In this document: one piece after another, positions 45,481 through 60,499 of the stretch | How the letters are laid out: the number at the start of each line of letters is the position of its first letter | How positions within the stretch are numbered: the first letter of the stretch is position 1 | Origin: the human T2T-CHM13v2.0 reference genome, Homo sapiens | Direction: 5' to 3' (one strand) | DNA: 64,000 nt | NCBI RefSeq assembly: GCF_009914755.1 | Contig: NC_060929.1 | Made by a program: the position numbers and the translations under genes | Notes under the pieces: model-generated | What the model was told of the DNA's origin: nothing | Seen by the model: only the letters and a program-made list of their open reading frames with translations | Database searches by the model: none

Positions 45481-47491
45481 TGTAGAAAAGAGTTTGTTAT
45501 CACTGTCTTCCCCTCTAGTTTTTTCTGCCAACACAGGATTGGTTCTTAACATATTTTGGTGGGAGACGGGATATTGACTTACAGTTTTCTTTTCTTGTAC
45601 TTTCTTTGTCTGGCTTGTTATCAAGGTAATTTTGTCCTATAAAATGAGTAGAGAAGTGTTTATACCTCTTCTATTTTGGAAAGATTTTGTATAGAATTGG
45701 TATTTTTTCCTTAAATATTTTGTAGAGCTTTACCAGTGAAGCCATCTGGGCCTGAAGCTTCCTTTGTGAGAAGGTTTTAAACTACAGCCAACTTCTTTAA
45801 AGATATAGAGCTATTTAGAGTATCTATTATTCCTTTCATGAGCTTTGGTATTTGTTCTTTCATAGAATTTATCCATTTCATCTTAATTGTTAAATTTTTG
45901 GTGTACATTATTTATAATGTTTTCTTATTATCCTTTTAGTGTTTATAGCATTTTTAATGATAATCCTTTTTTCATTTCTGGTTTTGATGATTTTTGTCCT
46001 CTCTACTTTTCTTGATCAGTTTTGCTAGAGGTTCATCAGTTCAATTAATCTTTTCAAAGAATCAGTTTTGGTTTTCTTATTTTTTTTCTCTGATTTGTCT
46101 GTTTTCTATTTTGTTGATTTTGTGCTTATCTTTGTTATTTCCTTTCTTTTATTTGCCCTGGGTTTACTTTGCTCTTTTTAAGGTTGAAAGTTAAGTAACT
46201 GATTTAAGACCTCTTTTGTTATTCAATAAAAGGATTGTAGCTATAATTTTTCCTCTAAGCACTGATTTAGCTGCATTCCATTCATTTTATTTTATTGCAT
46301 TTTTATTATAAAATTTTTAATATTTTATAATTCACTTTATGATTTTTAAATTTGACCCATGGGTTATTTAGAAGTATATTGTTTTATTTTAAAATATTTA
46401 GGGTTTTTCTAAATATCTTATGGTCACTTATTTCTAATTTAATTTATTTTGGTCAGAGATAGTTTGTGTGATTTCAGTTCTTTTAAATTTATTTAAGATG
46501 TCTTTTATTGTCAAGCATATGGTCTATCATGGTTAATGTACTGTGTGTACTTGAAAAGAATTAATATTCTACAGTTTTGGAGGGTACTATTTTATAAATG
46601 TTAATTAGGTCATAAGTCCTCTTTGTTTTGACTAAAATTTTTTTTAGCTTTTCTATAAATTGCTGAGATTAGGGTACTAAAATCTCTTACTATGATTGTG
46701 GACTTGTCTATTTCTTCTTTTAGTTCTGTCAATTTTTGCTTCATATAATTTTAGTCTCTGTCAGGCACATACACATTTATGACTGATGACTATTTGAAAA
46801 AATTGCCTCTTTTATCATTATGAAGTATCCCTGTTTATCTTCAGTAATACTCTTAATCTTAGTCTGTTTTATCTGATATTATATCTACTCCAACATTCTT
46901 ATGGTTATTGTTTACATGATCTGCCTTCTTCTTCATACTTAGTTTTCTCTTGTAGGCAAAAACTGCTTTGTTTTTTAAAAATTCATTCTGATAATCTCTG
47001 CCTTTTAATTAAAATGTTTAGTGCATTGGCATTTATGTAATAATTAATATGATTGATTTAAGTCTATCATTTTATTAACTTTTTCTGTTACCTTGCTTTT
47101 TTTATATTTGCTGTTATTCCTGTTTCCTCTTTCCTGTCTTCTTTTGGATTATTTTTTAGAATCTCACTTTAATTTGCCTTTTGACTTTTTAGATACACTT
47201 CTTTACATTATTTTATGAATGATTAATTTGGTAATTAAGATATACATCCTTAATTTTTTACTCAGAGTTAATCTTATATACTTTATATGAAATGTAGAAA
47301 CTCTGCAGTTATATTACTTCATTAGTCATATTCTTCACCATCCTTTATATAATAGTTGTCATATGTATTATATGTATACACATTATGAACCTCAGTGTGT
47401 ACAGATGTACATGCACATTGTTATAATTTTTATAACAGTGTTATAACTTTTGCTTAAAACTGTCACATGCATTTTTTAAAATTTAAGATAA

Positions 47492-47797
<306 letters not shown>

Positions 47798-48857
47798 AAA
47801 CATTATAGTCTTTAATATTTACTGTTTCCAGTCTTCTTAACTTATGCCTAAATTCAGACCTGAATTTCCCTGTGCTATTATTTCTCTTCAGCTTGGAGAA
47901 CTTCCTTGTTTCTATAGTACAGGCCTGGTGGTAATGAATTGCCTTAGTGTTCCTTTTGTAGAAAATTTCTTTATTTCACTTAGATTCTTGAAGAATATTT
48001 TTACCAGATATAGAATTTTTTAAAGATATTTTTCTATGGCTTTTTGGCCTTCATTGTTTTTCTGGTGAGAAATCCATGGAAATTCTAATTGATGTTCCCC
48101 TATATTTAATATATTGTTTTTCTCTGGCTAATTTCAATATTTTCTCTTTAGTTGTGGTTTTCATTAGTTTGATTATGATGTGTATAGGTGTTGATTTATT
48201 CATATTTTTAGAGTGGTTGTCTAAACTTCTTGAGTCAGTAAATTTATTTTTTTGTCAAGTTTGAGGAGTTTTCTCTCACTATTTCTTTAAATATTATTTT
48301 TCTGCCTTATTCTCTAAACTGTTCTTCTAGGACTCCAGTTGTCTATATGTCTGATGTTCTGAAATTGTCCCACATGTCCCAAATACTTTGTTCATTTTCT
48401 TTTGTTTTTTTTTTTTCTTATCTTCAGATTGGACGACTTCATTTCATCTATCCTGTAGTTTATTCTTTCCTCAGTCATCTCCAGTTTGTTATTAATCAGA
48501 TCTGTTGAATTTTTATCACAGATATTTGTATTTTTCAGGTATAAAATTTCCATTTTTTTGTACTTCCTATTTCTCTCTTGAAATGTCCTGTTTTTTAAAA
48601 TCAATATGAATATATTTTTTCCTCAGTGAGCATACTTATAATAGCTGTTTTGAAGTTTTTATTTGACATTTTCAACATCTAGATAACCTAGACGCTGGAA
48701 ATATCAACATCTACATATAAACCTCAACAGATTGAGTCACGTTCAATTCTCTGTTCTTTCTATGTTGGGTAATTCTTGAGTACATTTTGGATATTGTGGC
48801 TGTTATGTTCTGAAGGCTGTAGATTTCATTACATTCTTCTGAAGAATATTGATGTTC

Positions 48858-49292
<435 letters not shown>

Positions 49293-49826
49293 AAATAATG
49301 TTGATGTTTTCATTTTTGCAATCAATAGCTTAGTTAGACTCAAATTGCAAACTGTCATTGCCTGTAGTAGGCAGTGGCATAGAACTCAATTCAGCTCTTT
49401 TAACCTGAGTTTTAAGCTGCTTTCAGATTGCCCCACACATACATGGTTCAGGAGTCAGCCAGAGACTTGGGCTGAGTTTAAACATAGAATCGGGGGTTGT
49501 CCTCTTCTGGCTGTCTTCTTTCTTGGGCATCTGCATCATTCTCTAGCACCTATGGTTTTTCCAGGCTCTTTCCCCCAGTTTCCTCCAGTCAGAAAGATGG
49601 CAAGAGTTTTTGCTGCCTGCCCTCCCCCAGTCCTTGTGCCAACACCACCACCATTGCAGCTGCCTCCAGGGAAAAACTGCAAAAACCAAATCACTTGCTC
49701 CAGGTGTTGACTCCTCTTCAAAATCTATTTTTGTTAAATCTCCAAAGCCTCAAATAGGTTTTCTTCCTAGAATTTATATCTGTTATTTGTAGCAGGATTG
49801 GTCTGTAAGGCACTCAGTCTTCTACA

Positions 49827-50041
49827 TCATGGGTCAGCAGATTACAGCCCTTGGGTTAAATCCAGCCACCTGCTTGTTTTATTAATAAAGTTTTGTTGGA
49901 ACTAAACCACACCTATTTTTCTGTGAGTGATTTCATGCTATAATGACAGAGTTGAGTAGTAGTTGTGACAAAGACCTTATACCTAGAAAGACTAAATAAA
50001 ATACTATTTGGCCCTTTAGAGACAAATTTTGGTGAACTCTG
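49827..50041. mobile_element. MER58A-like hAT MITE
   Basis: GGGTCAGCAGATTACAGCCC...AATAAAGTTTTGTTGGAAC...TACTATTTGGCCCTTTAGAG. Confidence 0.75.
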
Positions 50042-50059
50042 CTCTGTATCAAGAGAACT

Positions 50060-50830
50060 CACCTAATATTTTGACCTCTGATCCAGTGATCTGATTCTCT
50101 TCCAGCTGCCCACAGGCACAATAACATCATGTTCTAGAACATCATCTGGAATTGCGTCACTGTAGAGCACTTCTGTCTCAGGAGAAGCATTATCTCTTCT
50201 TTTTATATGCTTATACCACTTACTTCATCTCCTATTGCATCATGAAATCTGAATCTCTCTTAGCATCCTCATTTCTTTTTCTCTACTGACTCATTCCATT
50301 CAACATACAGATAAACCCAGATTGAATATATATTTCTAAAAACTCTTACTTTGACATTTATATCCCCTCAAGCTACCTGTAGTTTTTCTGTTTTTCTGTG
50401 TAACTTCTCATTAGGGTTATCTACTCTTAATACTGACACTTCCTCACCACAAGTTCATACCAATCTTTACAATTCTGCATTTTCTTCCAATATGCATTTG
50501 AAATTTATTTATTTCAGCTGGTGACAGCTGAAACATCTATCCAAATTGCCTCTTCAGATTATCTTTCTTCATTTTTCTGTAAAATGCAAGATATTGACCA
50601 TGGTCTGCTGGAAGCTTTCCTTCTGTGATTTCCATGTCATTTTTATCTTTTTATATTTTTTCTGTGTCTATCAAGCTCTTCCCATTGCTGGCTCCTCTTT
50701 TCCACCTATCTCTGAAATATGGCATTTCTCAAGATTTTTCTCTGGCCTTATCTTCTTTCCCTATTAGAAATTTTCATCTACTTTAGTTGTTCCAGATATT
50801 CTTTTTATGCTAATGACTCAAATCCAAAAT
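50060..50830 (+). mobile_element. L2 fragment
   Basis: Pyrimidine-rich L2 sense text ending ...TATGCTAATGACTCAAATC. Confidence 0.55.
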
Positions 50831-50979
50831 ATATACGAGCTTTAAAGTTATATACACTTTAAACTCTAGTTCTGCCTCTTACTAATTGTGACCTTAGGCA
50901 AATTGTGTGGCCAAGATCTTTAGGACTCAGTTTGGGTAAAATAATAATGCCTTATCTCATAAGCTTGCTTATCATATTG

Positions 50980-51205
50980 GCAACCAGGGCAGCCCTGGTT
51001 GCCCCCAGTGGTAAGCTGTTTACTAATATACCCCGTATTTACTTTTATCTAGTTCTACCCCAGTGGTAAGCTGTTTACTAATATACCAGTATTTTCTTTC
51101 TGTCTCACTTCCCTATTCCCTTACTTGTGCTCCTGAAATCGCTTTCCAAATAGATTATTTACACTCACATCAAAGTCAGCTTCTCGGAGTAGCCCATTCT
51201 AACAC
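50980..51205 (+). mobile_element. ERVL LTR16/LTR33-like 3' fragment
   Basis: CTCACTTCCCTATTCCCTTACTTGTGCTCC...CAGCTTCTCGGAGTAGCCCATTCTAACACA. Confidence 0.55.
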
Positions 51206-53029
51206 ATGGACCCCAAACAGAACTTGGATCTTGAATTAAAGAACAGTCTTTTTGCAGACTTTCATATGGTTATTAACCACTTTTTTCAAGTTTTAGAATT
51301 TATGTTAAAGTTAGGGCATTTTATTATAGTAAGAGGAACATGTTACCAATTTATTAAAACCACACTACTACTGTTTGTTTTTTTTCACTGTTTTGTTTAT
51401 AAATACTACTCTGCTGCCCAGAGTCCTGCTGCCCAGAGTCCTGTGCCTGCCTGTCATGCTGTAAGCCTACACTGACAGTTTGAAAATCTTGGCTATGATT
51501 TAAAAATTTTTAGCTGATAATGATTTAAAGTATTTCCTTCTATTCTCAGAGAAAATGCATATTCTCCTGGCTTGAAGACCTTTAAGGCACAAATAAATTG
51601 ATCTCCAATGGCAAATTCTCTGTCTGTCCTATGGGAAGGTGGTAGAATGATTTGCTCTGGAAAGGCCTTTCTTGTACTGTCAGATTTCGTCATGTTGGGT
51701 ATAAGGCTGAGTCTGACCTTTTGTTATTTATTGCTGTAAATGATTTTATGTTCACTTTCTTGCAAGTGAATTGCTTGAGTTAGAAGTTGAGGTTCTTGAC
51801 ACAACTTTTAATCCATTAAAAAAAGTTAAATTCATGTATAGAGGAACTGAAATAATTAATTATGTTGTAGCTCCTTATCTTTTTTATGATACACCTATTG
51901 CTGTGGGTATAGTGCTCTAAAAACATCTGCTCAGTAGTCTGCTATAGAGGCACAAGAATGCTTTTACATGAATGCAATAAAGTAGCAGATGTTTCTTAAT
52001 GACAACTTCTCAATTCATTTAGGAAACAAGTCAGTTCTGGAGTTGTTTTTTTTTTTTTCTTTCCCAAGTGTGTCAACTATGCAGGCTAATGATTCCAAAG
52101 AGGTTAGAACTGACAAATCAAGTCACTACGTATAATTTTTCAGGGTGCTGCAAGTTAGGCTAAAAGTCTCATTTAATAGCACTTTAATAAAATTAGCATT
52201 TTTCTTCCCATGCAAATAATTCTTTGCCATTATAAGTAACCAGGAAAATACATTAATTCAGTATTACCAGCCTAAGCTTCTTTTATTTTCTTCTTTGGAA
52301 ACTTCTGTTGAATGTTGATTTATCATTAACATTGCAAATAGAAAAAGTAGTCCAATGCCCAGGCTTGGGAACAGGGAGACATGAGGGTCCAGCATTTGGA
52401 AGTCAAACATAGCTCCTTCCAGGAATAATTTCTGTCACCTCAGAGAAAGCGATCGTGAGGCACTGGTGATATCCATATCCCCCTTCACACAGTCGTCCAC
52501 AGGGCTGGCCTTTCCTCAGTACAGTAGGCAATTACCCACAGGCTGTGTTCCAAAGGGTGCCAGAGAAGCCATTGTCACTGCCCCACAGACTGCAGGCTCT
52601 GTAACAGAAACTGCATGATCAGTGACTCATTAAGATTTCCATGTTCAGAGAACCTCTTCCTAAAAGCCAAAGAATCTTAGTAGGATTAATATATCCAGAT
52701 TGTAACATTTAGTATTGGTAAGTTCATCAGGTGGCCTGTGAATTTCAGATCAGAGGGCTGGATTTAAGAGCTTTGTGCTGAAAGAGGAGAGCAAGGCCAT
52801 GAAAAGCAAGATGTGGAAGATGCCAAGGATCAATTTTGCCTTCATAATTTTGTTTAATAATGGTCTTGGTCACCAGCATAGAGTCTTTAAAGTGAATGCA
52901 TGCCCCCAGAGGGCTTGCAAAACAATCCATTGAGATGTGAGAAATAACATTACAACTATAATTTATATTTACTTTGATTTTGTGAAAGTTAGGCTCTACT
53001 AATATTTAACTTTTTGAAAATTTTAATAT

Positions 53030-53161
53030 AATTTTTATTTTAAGAGAGATGAGGTCCTGCTATATTGCCTAGGCTGGTCTTGAACTCCTGGCTTTAAGCA
53101 ATCTTCCCTCCTCAGACTCCCAAAGTGCTGGTATTACAGACATGAGTCACTGTGCCCAGCT
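53030..53161 (-). mobile_element. Alu monomer (FLAM-like)
   Basis: GAGATGAGGTCCTGCTATATTGCCTAGGCTGGTCTTGAACTCCTGG...TGTGCCCAGC. Confidence 0.85.
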
Positions 53162-54714
53162 ACTACTAATATTTAAATGTGGATTGATGCTGGCATTGCC
53201 ACTCTATGCATTTATCAGATAACCAGATGCCATAGAGGTTAATTATGCAAGGCATCTGGGACCTAGACGATAGGAAGGAGCTATCAGTGATGTTTTCACT
53301 CCTTTCATTGCATGTTATGCATTGCAGTTTACCTGTGCCCTGGATATCTGGGATGATATTATTCAATTTTAGTTAACATAGCTCTTACTTTTCAGACTAA
53401 GGGCTTTAAAAGTTTCCTGCAAAGAATCCCTGGAACAAAAAAAAAAAAAAATGGTAAAAGGTAAAAACAACAGTCTAATCAGATCTTTCAAAAATTGGCT
53501 CTCCAAATTTAAAATTAAGATTATTTGAAATATGGATTTATATTTGCTATTATTAATGATGACCCTTAACCTGTGTGTATGTTGTACCTAATGACAGTAT
53601 GAAGCAATCATTGACTAACGACTCATTGAAAGGCATCCAGAACTTGAATAAAACCTCTTACAGCTAGAGAAGGGGATTGAAATATGAGATCATGATTTAC
53701 TAAGTACACCCAGTGATATACTTCCTCTTTATGGATCTGTAGATCTTTCTCATCTGTTGCAGCCATTAAAATCACCTATCAAAACAATGTAAAAAGACCT
53801 GAACCCAGATGTTTGAAATGCCATATTACAGTCAAGATTTAAAACACACAAAGAAGAACAAAAAATTACATATTCAATCAAATTGCTCTCATCAAAATAC
53901 TACTGGCAAGAAAATGTCTGCACCATTACTAAATAAAATAAGTTTAGTTTTCTGTAGCATTTTATTTTCTGAATAGATTTACATGTTTGGAACCCAGGGC
54001 TCTTTGACTTGGTGCAGATTAGGACAGGGTTCTTTATGAAGAGAAAGGAAATTACCTCTGGCTCTTTAGAGTCTACTTTGAATTAAGGCTGCCGCCCCAG
54101 GACTACTGAGCATATGGGATCTAGACATTTGATTTTTGGGTGTCTGATCATCCACGACTGTGAGCAGGACTGGCTGGCTGCTCAGCAGCACTGACTCTGA
54201 AGCGTGGAGTCCTGGGAAAACCAGGTAACAGTGTGCTCATTTGCCTGCTATTTACATCTGTCACATTTTGAGATGCTAACTTTTCAATGGGCACCTTAAA
54301 ATCAACATTTCTGCAACTTTATTCAATCACAACCACTGGCGCAGAAATCTAAGAGCCAAATAGGCAAGAAGCTCAATGAAGGGTGAGGGTAGAGGGCCAG
54401 CCAAGGCCTTTTGGTGCCTGAGCAAAGAGCTGGGTAGGAGGGCTACTTTCATTAGTACCCAGATCATCACCCAACTAAAAGAATGACCTTGAAATATTTT
54501 TCCTTCACCTTTGTCTTATCCTTAAAATTTTTATATTTTAGTGTATTTTATAATATACAAAATATATCATATAGAAATACATATTCATAATTGATCAAGA
54601 GGTAAATATACACATATTAGGGTTGAGTGCTTAACTTTTTTGACTCCTAGTGTCATGATAAAAAAAGTTTAGAGATCTCTGATTTATAGGATGAAAATGG
54701 CAACAGACAATTTA

Positions 54715-55100
54715 TACTCATTCCACTTATTTATTTCACTTAACAAATATTGATTGAATGTCTACTATTTGCCAGGTACAGTTCAGGATGCTTGGAATAC
54801 GTAAGTGAATAAGACAGGCAAAAGCCCTGCCTTCACTCACATTCAAAGGGATATGTGTGCTGTAATAGAAGCCTTTCCAAGTCTGCCAACTGGATAAGGC
54901 CTCAAGATGTATTCTTATATTCTTATAGCACTTGCAACATTATACTCAAATAATTGTTTATGCAATGTTTTTTTCTCCCACGCTCTCTGTAGTTATAAGT
55001 TCCTTGAGAGCAAACACCATATCTGTTTGCCAACAAATCTCCAGTGCTGGCACCATGCCTAGCTCATAGTAGATGCTCAGTGAACGTTAGTTAGTTGAAT
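54715..55100. mobile_element. Two L2 3'-end fragments in opposite orientation
   Basis: AACAAATATTGATTGAATGTCTACTATTTGCCAGG and CCTAGCTCATAGTAGATGCTCAGTGAACG. Confidence 0.6.
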
Positions 55101-55689
55101 GTATATGTGTGCTGTCCATGCATATACAAGTGGGCACACATGTATAAGTGAGTTATTTGTAAAGCTGAGAAAAAAACTTGTGGGGCATTCTCAAGCAGAA
55201 ACTATTGCTGGGGGCAACAGAAAGTGTAGGCAGACACTTTTTAGTGGGCTGCAGCAAGAGTTTATCGGGAAGAAGCTTGGATAATCAGAGGTGACAGGGG
55301 TGACAGATTCTAAGTGATTAGGCAATCTGGTAAACTTGGACAAAAACAGTTCCTGAAAATCTATCTGGGTGGGTGTTGTGATCATTGAACTAAAATAAGC
55401 CTTGGTTAAGGGTGATTAGGATACTAAAATGATCAGTGCTACATAAAACTGGTTTACACTTGAATGAAGCTGAAAAAGAAAAATTAAAATCTCACAAACA
55501 AAATTCATAGATTTGGAGGTAAAATTTTATGTACTTGGGGACTCTGTGCATTTTCTCTAATAGTATTTGTTGTAATTATAATTTTATAGCTCTTTGTGTG
55601 ATTATTTTTTAATGTATTTCCTTATATTAGGACATAATATCTATTATTGTTATCTCTTCTATTCCCAGGCCCCAGGACAGTGTCTAGAG

Positions 55690-56166
55690 CAGACGATGGC
55701 AACTGTGGCCTGCTGCCTATTTTTTTTTTTTTTTCTCTTTAGAGACAGGGTGTCACTCTGTTACCCAGGCTGGAGTGCAGTGTGCAACCTTGAACTCCTG
55801 GGCTCAAGCAATCCTCCTGCCTCAGCCTCCCAAAGCGCTGGGATTGCAGACATGAGCCACAGCACCTAGCCTGCTGTGTATTTCTGTACAGCTCACAAGC
55901 TAAGAATGGTTTTTATATTTTTATATGGTTAAAAAAAGAATTTAAAAAGAATAATATTCTATGACATTAAAATAATATGAAATTTAAATTTTAGTGTTCA
56001 TTAATGATGCACTATTGGAACAAACCCACACTCATTAATTTACATATTATCTAGGCTGTTTTCATGCTGCAGTGGCAAAGTTGAGTGGTTTTGACAGAGA
56101 CTTATGATGCCCAAAGCCTGAAATATTTACTATCTGGCTCTTTAAGAAAATGTTTGGACACCTTTG
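55690..56166. mobile_element. MER58B-like hAT MITE with nested Alu monomer
   Basis: AAGCTAAGAATGGTTTTTATATTTTT...AAATATTTACTATCTGGCTCTTT; 8-bp TSD-like GTCTAGAG / ATCTAGAA. Confidence 0.75.
55720..55871 (-). mobile_element. Alu monomer (FLAM_C/AluJ-derived)
   Basis: Poly-T then AGAGACAGGGTGTCACTCTG...GAACTCCTGGGCTCAAGCAATCC; TSD-like TGCTGCCTATTT / TGCTGTGTATTT. Confidence 0.88.
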
Positions 56167-56214
56167 ATCTAGAATATTTAGTGTATCCTATAACATTTTT
56201 TGAATGAATGTATG

Positions 56215-56410
56215 ATTAATTAGTATACCTATGTGCCAGATATACACATTTTATACATTATCTCATTTAATCACAAGGGAAAGATGCCTTTATTTAACAA
56301 GTGAAGAAACTGAGGCATAGAGGGGTCAAATGACCTGTCCATTCCATGAGTGGCAGAGCCAGGGATTGAACCCACATCTAGCTCCAAATTCTGTGCTTTT
56401 TTATTTTTGC
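56215..56410 (-). mobile_element. MIR
   Basis: ATCTCATTTAATC...GAAGAAACTGAGGCATAGAG...GGCAGAGCCAGGGATTGAACCCA. Confidence 0.75.
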
Positions 56411-57223
56411 CTATATTATGCTTCTCTGAAGTCTATGTGTTTTTATCCGAGATTTTGAGTGTCTCCTTGAATCCCAATAGAAAGCTGAGAGCTTAATGTT
56501 GCTCTCATTACTGCTGAAATATTATAGTATTATTTAAAAGCAACAACCACATCTTTGTCCCAGCACAAGCATAGTGCCTGGCACGTCATAGATACTTGTG
56601 GAAATCTTAAAGGGATTCTCCTGGTAAAAACCAAGCAAAGAAACAAATAAATCCTTATTCATATCCATATAATCCAGAGACAGTTTTGAGCAAGGGAAGG
56701 AACTCATGGCTTACTGAAACAGTTCCTTGCTGATTCCTAGACATGCTGTTTCTTGTGCATGTGTGAGAGGGCCTGTGCTTTAGGATTCACAGTCCTCTAA
56801 CATTCCTACAATGCTTGCCTCTTGGTCTGTTTATGAAGGCTTTATCATTTTCACTCTTTGGCAGAGAAATTTACTCAGTTCTGAATTTGAGTGTAGAAGT
56901 TTATTCATGTGCTGAAGGAACTTGCAGTTTATTCATCAAGACATTTAAAAATCTCACTTGTTTAAATTAGGGTAGTGCTATCTCTTACTTTAGAAAATGA
57001 CTTTAGCCAAACTTCAGCCCATTGGATTTAATTATCATTGTCCTTTTAAGGCTCAGAATTTCTTAGACCCTTGGAAATGTAATGTAACATCCTAAGACAG
57101 GAAAAAAATGGAAAGGGGAAAGAGTTCACCAAATGGAGATACAAGTCCTTTAATAAAATTCTGTTTAGTGCTTGTAAAAATATAATAAAATGAAATTAAA
57201 GAAGGCCTTAAAATTAGGATTTT

Positions 57224-57418
57224 CAGGGGTAGGCAAACTAAGGTCTATGGACTACAGCTTGTTTTTGTAAATAAAATGTCACTGGAGTACAGCCACGTAC
57301 CTTTGTTTACATGTTGCCAGTGGCTGCTTTCAGGCTGCAGCTGCAGAGACCTATGGCCCACACAGAAGCCTAAAATATTTACTACTTGGCCCTTTAGAAA
57401 AATGTTTGGAGATCTGTG
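57224..57418. mobile_element. MER58A-like hAT MITE
   Basis: CAGGGGTAGGCAAACTA...AAAATATTTACTACTTGGCCCTTTAGAAAAATGTTTG. Confidence 0.8.
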
Positions 57419-58099
57419 GAACTAGAGATATAAGAAAAATTAGAGAAACTGGGCTTATTCAATATGGGGAACAAATAAATTTATTCATATTATATAAAAA
57501 TAATGACTCTTTGTTCTTAATCTTCTGCAAGGATAAATCTAGTGGAAACTGATTTACTTTCTAGCAAGGTAACAAGGAAGAATTTTCTGGCTCTGGAGTT
57601 AAAACATAGACTGCCTTATAAGGCAAGTTTCACAGATTGGTGGTTACATGTGTGGTGCAAAATTTATTCCTTTTTGGCACTCCAAATTCCATTATTAAAG
57701 ATTCCTTTTGATTAGGGTTATCAGCCACAAATCTACTGTTGAATATAATAATTGATAAAGGAGTAACATATTAAGCCACTAATGGCCATTAATAGTTTAG
57801 CAAGAATTAACTAACCAATTAGAAGGAAAAGGACAAAATGAAGGAAATTTTTATATAGGAGAAGATGAAGGAATGGGGCAATAAACTGGGAGTGGGGGGT
57901 GATAAGCTGAGGTCTTAGGTTAATGGAAGTGCATTTAGGCTCCCTCCGAGAGGAGACCAAATGAAGTAACGGTGGTTCTCAAAACATAGATGAGCAGCTA
58001 GTGAAGGCAAACCGGTTTATGGCATAATTCTGGGTCTTGGTGAATGAGTTTCCTGACTTTATAATTCCATAGACTACAAAAGTAAAGAATCACAAAGTA

Positions 58100-58250
58100 G
58101 ACCCTCCATGTGTATGTGAGGCAAGACCTGCATAGCATCACCAGGAACACTGCTTATAAGGTGAAGTCTTAAAACCCATCCCAGAACTCCTGGATTAGAA
58201 TTTTGGGGGTGGAGGCCAGGAATACGTCTGTTTAACATTTCTCACCACCA
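58100..58250. mobile_element. MER5-like hAT MITE
   Basis: CCCATCCCAGAACTCCTGGATTAGAATTTTGGGGGTGGAGGCCAGGAAT...TTTAACA. Confidence 0.6.
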
Positions 58251-60150
58251 AGAATCTGATGGTCTTTGCAGGCTAGAAAGAACCCTGGACTTGGAGCCTG
58301 AAGGCTTAGTTTTGTGCCCTGGCTCAGTTTCTTACTTGCTGGAGACCTTGGGCCTTCCTCCTAGAGCAGAGGAACAAATTACATGATGTACATCAATAGG
58401 CTTAGAAAAACTGTAAACTGTTAGAGTTGATGCTGGCCTTTCTTATGTCACATGTAAAGGGTAACACTGAAGAGAAACACACTTGACCGACTTCTGAAGC
58501 TTGATAATTTTTCAAGAGGTCAAAATTTTCCCCTCTTCCTCTAGTTTGTCATGTTTTACATAAAGAATTTCTGATTTTCAAATCCATTATTCTGCTAATT
58601 CTTTTACTTTTAGATGTATAGAAATAAGTGATAAGTGCGATTAAGCATTATTACTATTTCCTCCTGCCAAAGAACCTGTGTTTTGTAGCATGGACTCTAA
58701 GAGATAGCCTCTTCCACAGTTCCACCTTTTACTTGGCGTGTTTGCTGGCTTCCCAGCTCCAGGCACTAGCTGTCTTGCTGTTTCCTATGCAGTCTTAAAA
58801 GAAACAGGGTCTAGGAAGCACAGTGGAGCCAGCTGTAAACATCCAGAAAACTGCCAGATGTGCTGTGGCGGGTTTCTGCATCCCCTCCCTCCTGCCTCGC
58901 CCTTGAGCATGCCAGCCTGGAGAAGAGGTTTTAATCCTGCACAGGAAACAGATTCTTCCTCTCAGTGGGAACCCACGTTGGCCATGCTGTTGCTAATTCA
59001 CTTTGGTTGATGTAGCAGGGAGAGTAAAGAATGGCACCTTTTTACCCCCTTTTAAAAAAAAATCAGTAGTAGTAGTGATAATATTACTGGGAAGGGGAGA
59101 GCCTCACTAAGATATTATCCTTGGGATCATCTTATAACCACCCTTTTTTGTTTCAGTGTTGCCTTGGATGCTGTTAGACATATGTTGAACCCGCTGATAT
59201 GTACCATATACAACATTTACAGTTGCTAAAAGAATTACGTTGCTTGCAAAGGTTCTTGTGACAGTCACTTACTCAGAAGCCACAGGGATTGTGGAAAAAG
59301 TCATTCTGGGAATTAAGATAGTGAAAAGACCACTCCACTGTATGATAATGAGCCTTGAAACAAACAAAACAAGAGCTGATTACTTAAGGTCCCACAGATT
59401 ATTTTTATAATTCACTTTAAACTTTTTAATATTAAAATTCTTTATTTCTTGAGGAATTGATTTTTCAGTGGTTTATCAGAAGGCTTCATCAGTCGTTATC
59501 ACTTCTGAAAATATTAAATGGCTGTTGGCTCAGGAAAATCAGCAAATGAAGAGTATATTACATCGCATCTTTCCATTGTGATGAGATGGTTTCTGTGTCC
59601 AGTCTTCAGTACAGCTAAGGACTGTGGACTGTCTTTGAACCAGTGATGTTAGGTTTGAACTAAAGACCTGACTGGTAGAAAACAAACAAATCAACTATCT
59701 TTTCCTCAAGGGATGTTATGAATAAAGCTCATTACTTACGTTTGCTCAGTAATAGTAATACAGATTATTAGTGATAGAAGAAAAGTTTTTCTTCCTTCTC
59801 TGTAGGCTAAATAGAGATATGGATCTCATTTCCAAGGCCCAATACACTATTTGGGTTTGCTTTCAATAAAATAGCTGTGAAGTGTCTTCAGCATGATCCC
59901 TATTTAATGGGATTTAGTTGTAAAGCTTAATTCGTATCAGATTTTTTAAATGAGAGATCACTGTCAACTTATTGTTAATTGAATTCAATAAAATCAAGGT
60001 TTCTATAATTAATGTGAACCATTTAATCTTTTAGCTCTTGAATGAATGTAATTTTCTAAATACACATATCTTCATGAAATAGCAACATTTTGAGAAAAAT
60101 CAATATATTGTGACTTCTTTTTTCAATTACTCTTAATATCAAATGAAATA

Positions 60151-60499
60151 CAGCTGCCCCCCCGCCCCCCATCTCTGTGGGTTCCGTATCCATGGATTTA
60201 GACAACCAGGATCAAAACTGTAGTTAGGACTATAGTGGTTGCATCTGAACTGAGCATGTATAGACCTTTTTTCCTGCCATTATTCACTGAGCAATATAGT
60301 ATAGCTGTTTACATAGCATTTACATTGTATTAAGTATGATAAGTAATATAGAGATGATTTAAAGTATGGGAGGATATGTGTAGATTATATGCAAATACTC
60401 TACCATTTTATATAAGAAACTTGAACGTCTGTGAATTTTGGTATCCTCAGGGTGGGGGGGTTCTGGAGCCAATCCCCCGTGTATACCTAGGGCTCACTG
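60151..60499 (-). mobile_element. MER2 (Tigger-derived MITE)
   Basis: TA-CAG...CTG-TA termini; ACATAGCATTTACATTGTATTAAG; GGAGCCAATCCCCCGTGTATACC. Confidence 0.85.

Noticed and set aside
51411-51443. 15-bp tandem duplication CTGCTGCCCAGAGTC x2
   Set aside because: Common micro-duplication with no further structure
51206-51693. ORFs of 89 aa (+) and 66 aa (-) in unique DNA
   Set aside because: No recognisable domain and no convincing splice signals
54330-54685. Possible hAT-Charlie DNA transposon remnant
   Set aside because: The end resembles a Charlie terminus, but family and boundaries could not be supported by eye
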